A stretch of 64,000 bases of DNA, taken from assembly GCA_032718475.1 (NCBI GenBank), contig JAUCBJ010001075.1, forward strand, positions 829-64,828, in the 5' to 3' direction. The notes beneath the pieces were generated by a model. The model made no database searches, was not told the DNA's origin, and worked only from the letters and a program-made list of their open reading frames with translations. A program made the position numbers and the translations under genes. Position 1 is the first letter of the stretch. Every line of letters begins with the position of its first letter. The DNA comes from Nemertoderma westbladi. Lineage: Eukaryota > Animalia > Xenacoelomorpha. Shown here one piece after another: positions 61,560-64,000 of this stretch.

Positions 61560-62273
61560 ATGTGGGGCGAGCCATCAGTCAGGGCGAGCCTTAGCGCACA
61601 ATTATAATTAGTAAATAGGGCAAAATTTCATATCCGTCTGTAATGAAAAAATCATTCGTAAATAACTTTTGAAGATTTTAAACATTTACAACCAAATTTT
61701 GTATGGGCTGGGCATACTAGAGAAAAAGTTCCAATATTGTTGAATGTTACGGGCAAATACTTCTCGAACTTTTGACTCCAGATCAAATCGAACTTGTTTC
61801 GAACTTGCTCAAGTTCGCAAGCTGCGCGACGCCACACTCACGTGTTTATTACCGTATTATTTTAATAAACAACAGCTCGCTATTACAACGGCCTTTGTAA
61901 TAAAATGTAATACATACAAAATTCAATATACACAAAACGTCATAAACACATTTATTTCACAACTTAAAGTTTAATACACGCACCCAATCACCAACAAAAT
62001 AAAGTACGTCATGTACACGTTCGAGGGCGTCGCGCAGCACGCGAACTTGAGCAAGTTCGAAACAAGTTCGATTTGATCTGGAGTCAAAAGTTCGAGAGGT
62101 ATTTGCCCCTAACTTGGTTGAAAATGGTTAAAATCTTTAAAAGTTATTTACGAATGAATTTTTCATTACAGACGGACAGGCAGACATACAGACAGACGGA
62201 TATGAAATTTTGCCCTATTTACTAATTATAATTGTGCGCTATGGCTCGCTCTGACTGATGGCTCGCCCCACAT
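61560..62273. mobile_element. Foldback-like element with long inverted arms
   Basis: ATGTGGGGCGAGCCATCAGTCAG..ATATCCGTCTGT is inverted at the right end; the inner arm GGGCAAATAC..GCGCGACGCC (61751-61833) is inverted at ~62026-62108. Confidence 0.8.
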
Positions 62274-62482
62274 TCTATAAATAATGATAGTAACGATGTT
62301 TTACAATGAAGCTGAACACGACGCTTGACAGTCCCATCTTGGCGTAGTGGTTTAATCCGTTGTAATGAATTGAAAAAAAATACCAAAAGTAAATCTTTTT
62401 CGGCCTAAGGCCAGGGATTGTGTGTGCCCTAAGGGGCACAAAGTCTGATAACTTATTTCCCAGTTCGGTCCCCCCAGAACTT

Positions 62483-62756
62483 CGCCCATGTGAAGAATAC
62501 CAAGATTTCACTTTTCGGTCGACTTTTTATTGGAATTTTATATAAGAAGATTTTTAATTTTTTTTAATTTATCTTTTAGTGTTTTATAGCGCTTATTTCT
62601 GTCTTATAACCTGTACATATACTAAGTCGTTTATTGTTTTGGTTAAATTCAGCCCTTCTGTAACCTGTGTTTTTGGTGAAAACCTGGTATTCTTCACATG
62701 AGGGTAACTGCAAAGTGAAATATAACGGCAGAAAGTCTGGTATTCTTCACATGGGC
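62483..62756. mobile_element. Small MITE with 8-9 bp TSD
   Basis: TIR GCCCATGTGAAGAATACCA / TGGTATTCTTCACATGGGC; flanking CCAGAACTT at 62474-62482 and 62757-62765. Confidence 0.8.
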
Positions 62757-63329
62757 CCAGAACTTTACTCCCAAGAGGAAACTCCAGTACTCATTTAGCT
62801 ACCACTATACAAGGCAGACGTTATCAGGCATATATGATAGTTACCAGATATGAATGGTAACTATGTTTGTTTTTTGGTTACACAGCATGTCAGTGATGAA
62901 ATGATATAACTAAATATTACTTTTACTGGAGGACTGAAAACTGAAAAAAAAACACAAAATAAAGCTGATACTGAAACATATTCACTTTTATTCTAATTTG
63001 TTCAAATTTTTATAAAAAATATATATTCTGCAATATTGAAGTCAGTAATATTGAAGTCAGAATGTCGAGGTATTAATTAGGGGTCTATTGTATCTCTGTC
63101 TCTACTAACAGACAGATGTACAATCATCTTGGGTACAATGCTGTAAACCTAAGGTACTGTACATAAAGGCGGGGGTAGTTTTGGAAGCGATTTCTTTCTT
63201 AAAAATTACCCCCTTTGAAACGTACAGAAGATAGTTTACGATGCACTTCCCATAGATTACAAATCGAAGAAGGACGTTGGTACACTATCCCAAGGATGAG
63301 CAAGGCCATGGTATGCAACTTGGGGCGTA

Positions 63330-64000
63330 TTGAATCAGAATTGTATATTTCCATTAATTAAGAAGCCCACTCGCATCACGGATAACACCGCAACTTGTAT
63401 CGATAACATCATTACCAACGACATAAGTGTAGTAAAACGCTCGGGTATCATTGTTGGTAGTATATCCGATCACTTGCCTGATCAATTGCGAAACATTAGT
63501 AAAACATGGTCTGTTATAAAGGAAATTATCAACACAAAAAGCAATTCTGTTTGCGGGAAATTTCTAATTGACAAGTACATGACGGATAACAAATCCAAGA
63601 TTGCAAATGGATTCTCTATATACTTTATTTCAGTAGCTAGTAAACTTGCTGATAAAATCACGCCACCATCTGGATCCTTCAAAGACTCACTCAATCATCC
63701 TTTAACTAATACACTGTTTTTTTCACCTCTTGACAAAGGCGACGTGGAAGCTCTCGTACTTGGCCTGAGCTGGTTGAAAGCGATCATTTCAGAATGTGTT
63801 GACCCTGTTATAGCAAAAAATTGTTTTAACCTGATAAGCGAACCTAAACAACTCATATTATCAACCAGTCTCTTTCTCTCGGGATCTTCCCAGAATAATG
63901 GAAAATTGCAAGAATTGTCCCGGTGTTTAAGGCCAATGAATCTTTCCTTTGTTCTAACTATCGCCCTATAAGTATCTTACCATTCTTCTCCAAAATTCTA
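63330..64000 (+). mobile_element. Degenerate CR1/L2-group LINE ORF2 fragment (end of endonuclease to start of RT)
   Basis: KPTRITDNTATCIDNI, SDHLP, KTWSVIKEII, and NYRPISILPFFSKIL at the window end; internal deletions. Confidence 0.8.

Overview
AT-rich, repeat-dense animal (probably invertebrate) genomic DNA with spliceosomal introns; no prokaryotic features. Host genes: the 3' five exons of EFL1 (ribosome-maturation GTPase, minus strand, 61514 to 32045; the 5' exons lie beyond the window), a complete 3-exon STT3A (plus, 37019-40742) nested antisense in a ~22 kb EFL1 intron, an intronless cytosolic sulfotransferase (plus, 56920-57921) nested antisense in another EFL1 intron, and an AROS/RPS19BP1-like ORF (minus, 26378-26884). 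Mobile DNA: a decayed Mag-type Gypsy element (3681-7249), a ~15 kb BEL/Pao element with near-identical LTRs (7250-22192), several RTE and L2/CR1-type LINE fragments and many TIR/MITE elements. A cluster of unrelated tandem arrays lies inside the large EFL1 intron, and there is one tRNA-like sequence. The most unusual item is the BEL/Pao element: it has a very long Gag N-terminus and, after pol, an extra ~970-codon ORF that is not env-like, ends in three CCHC-type zinc knuckles and is preceded by a candidate splice acceptor. All family calls come from motif recognition only; no database searches were run.
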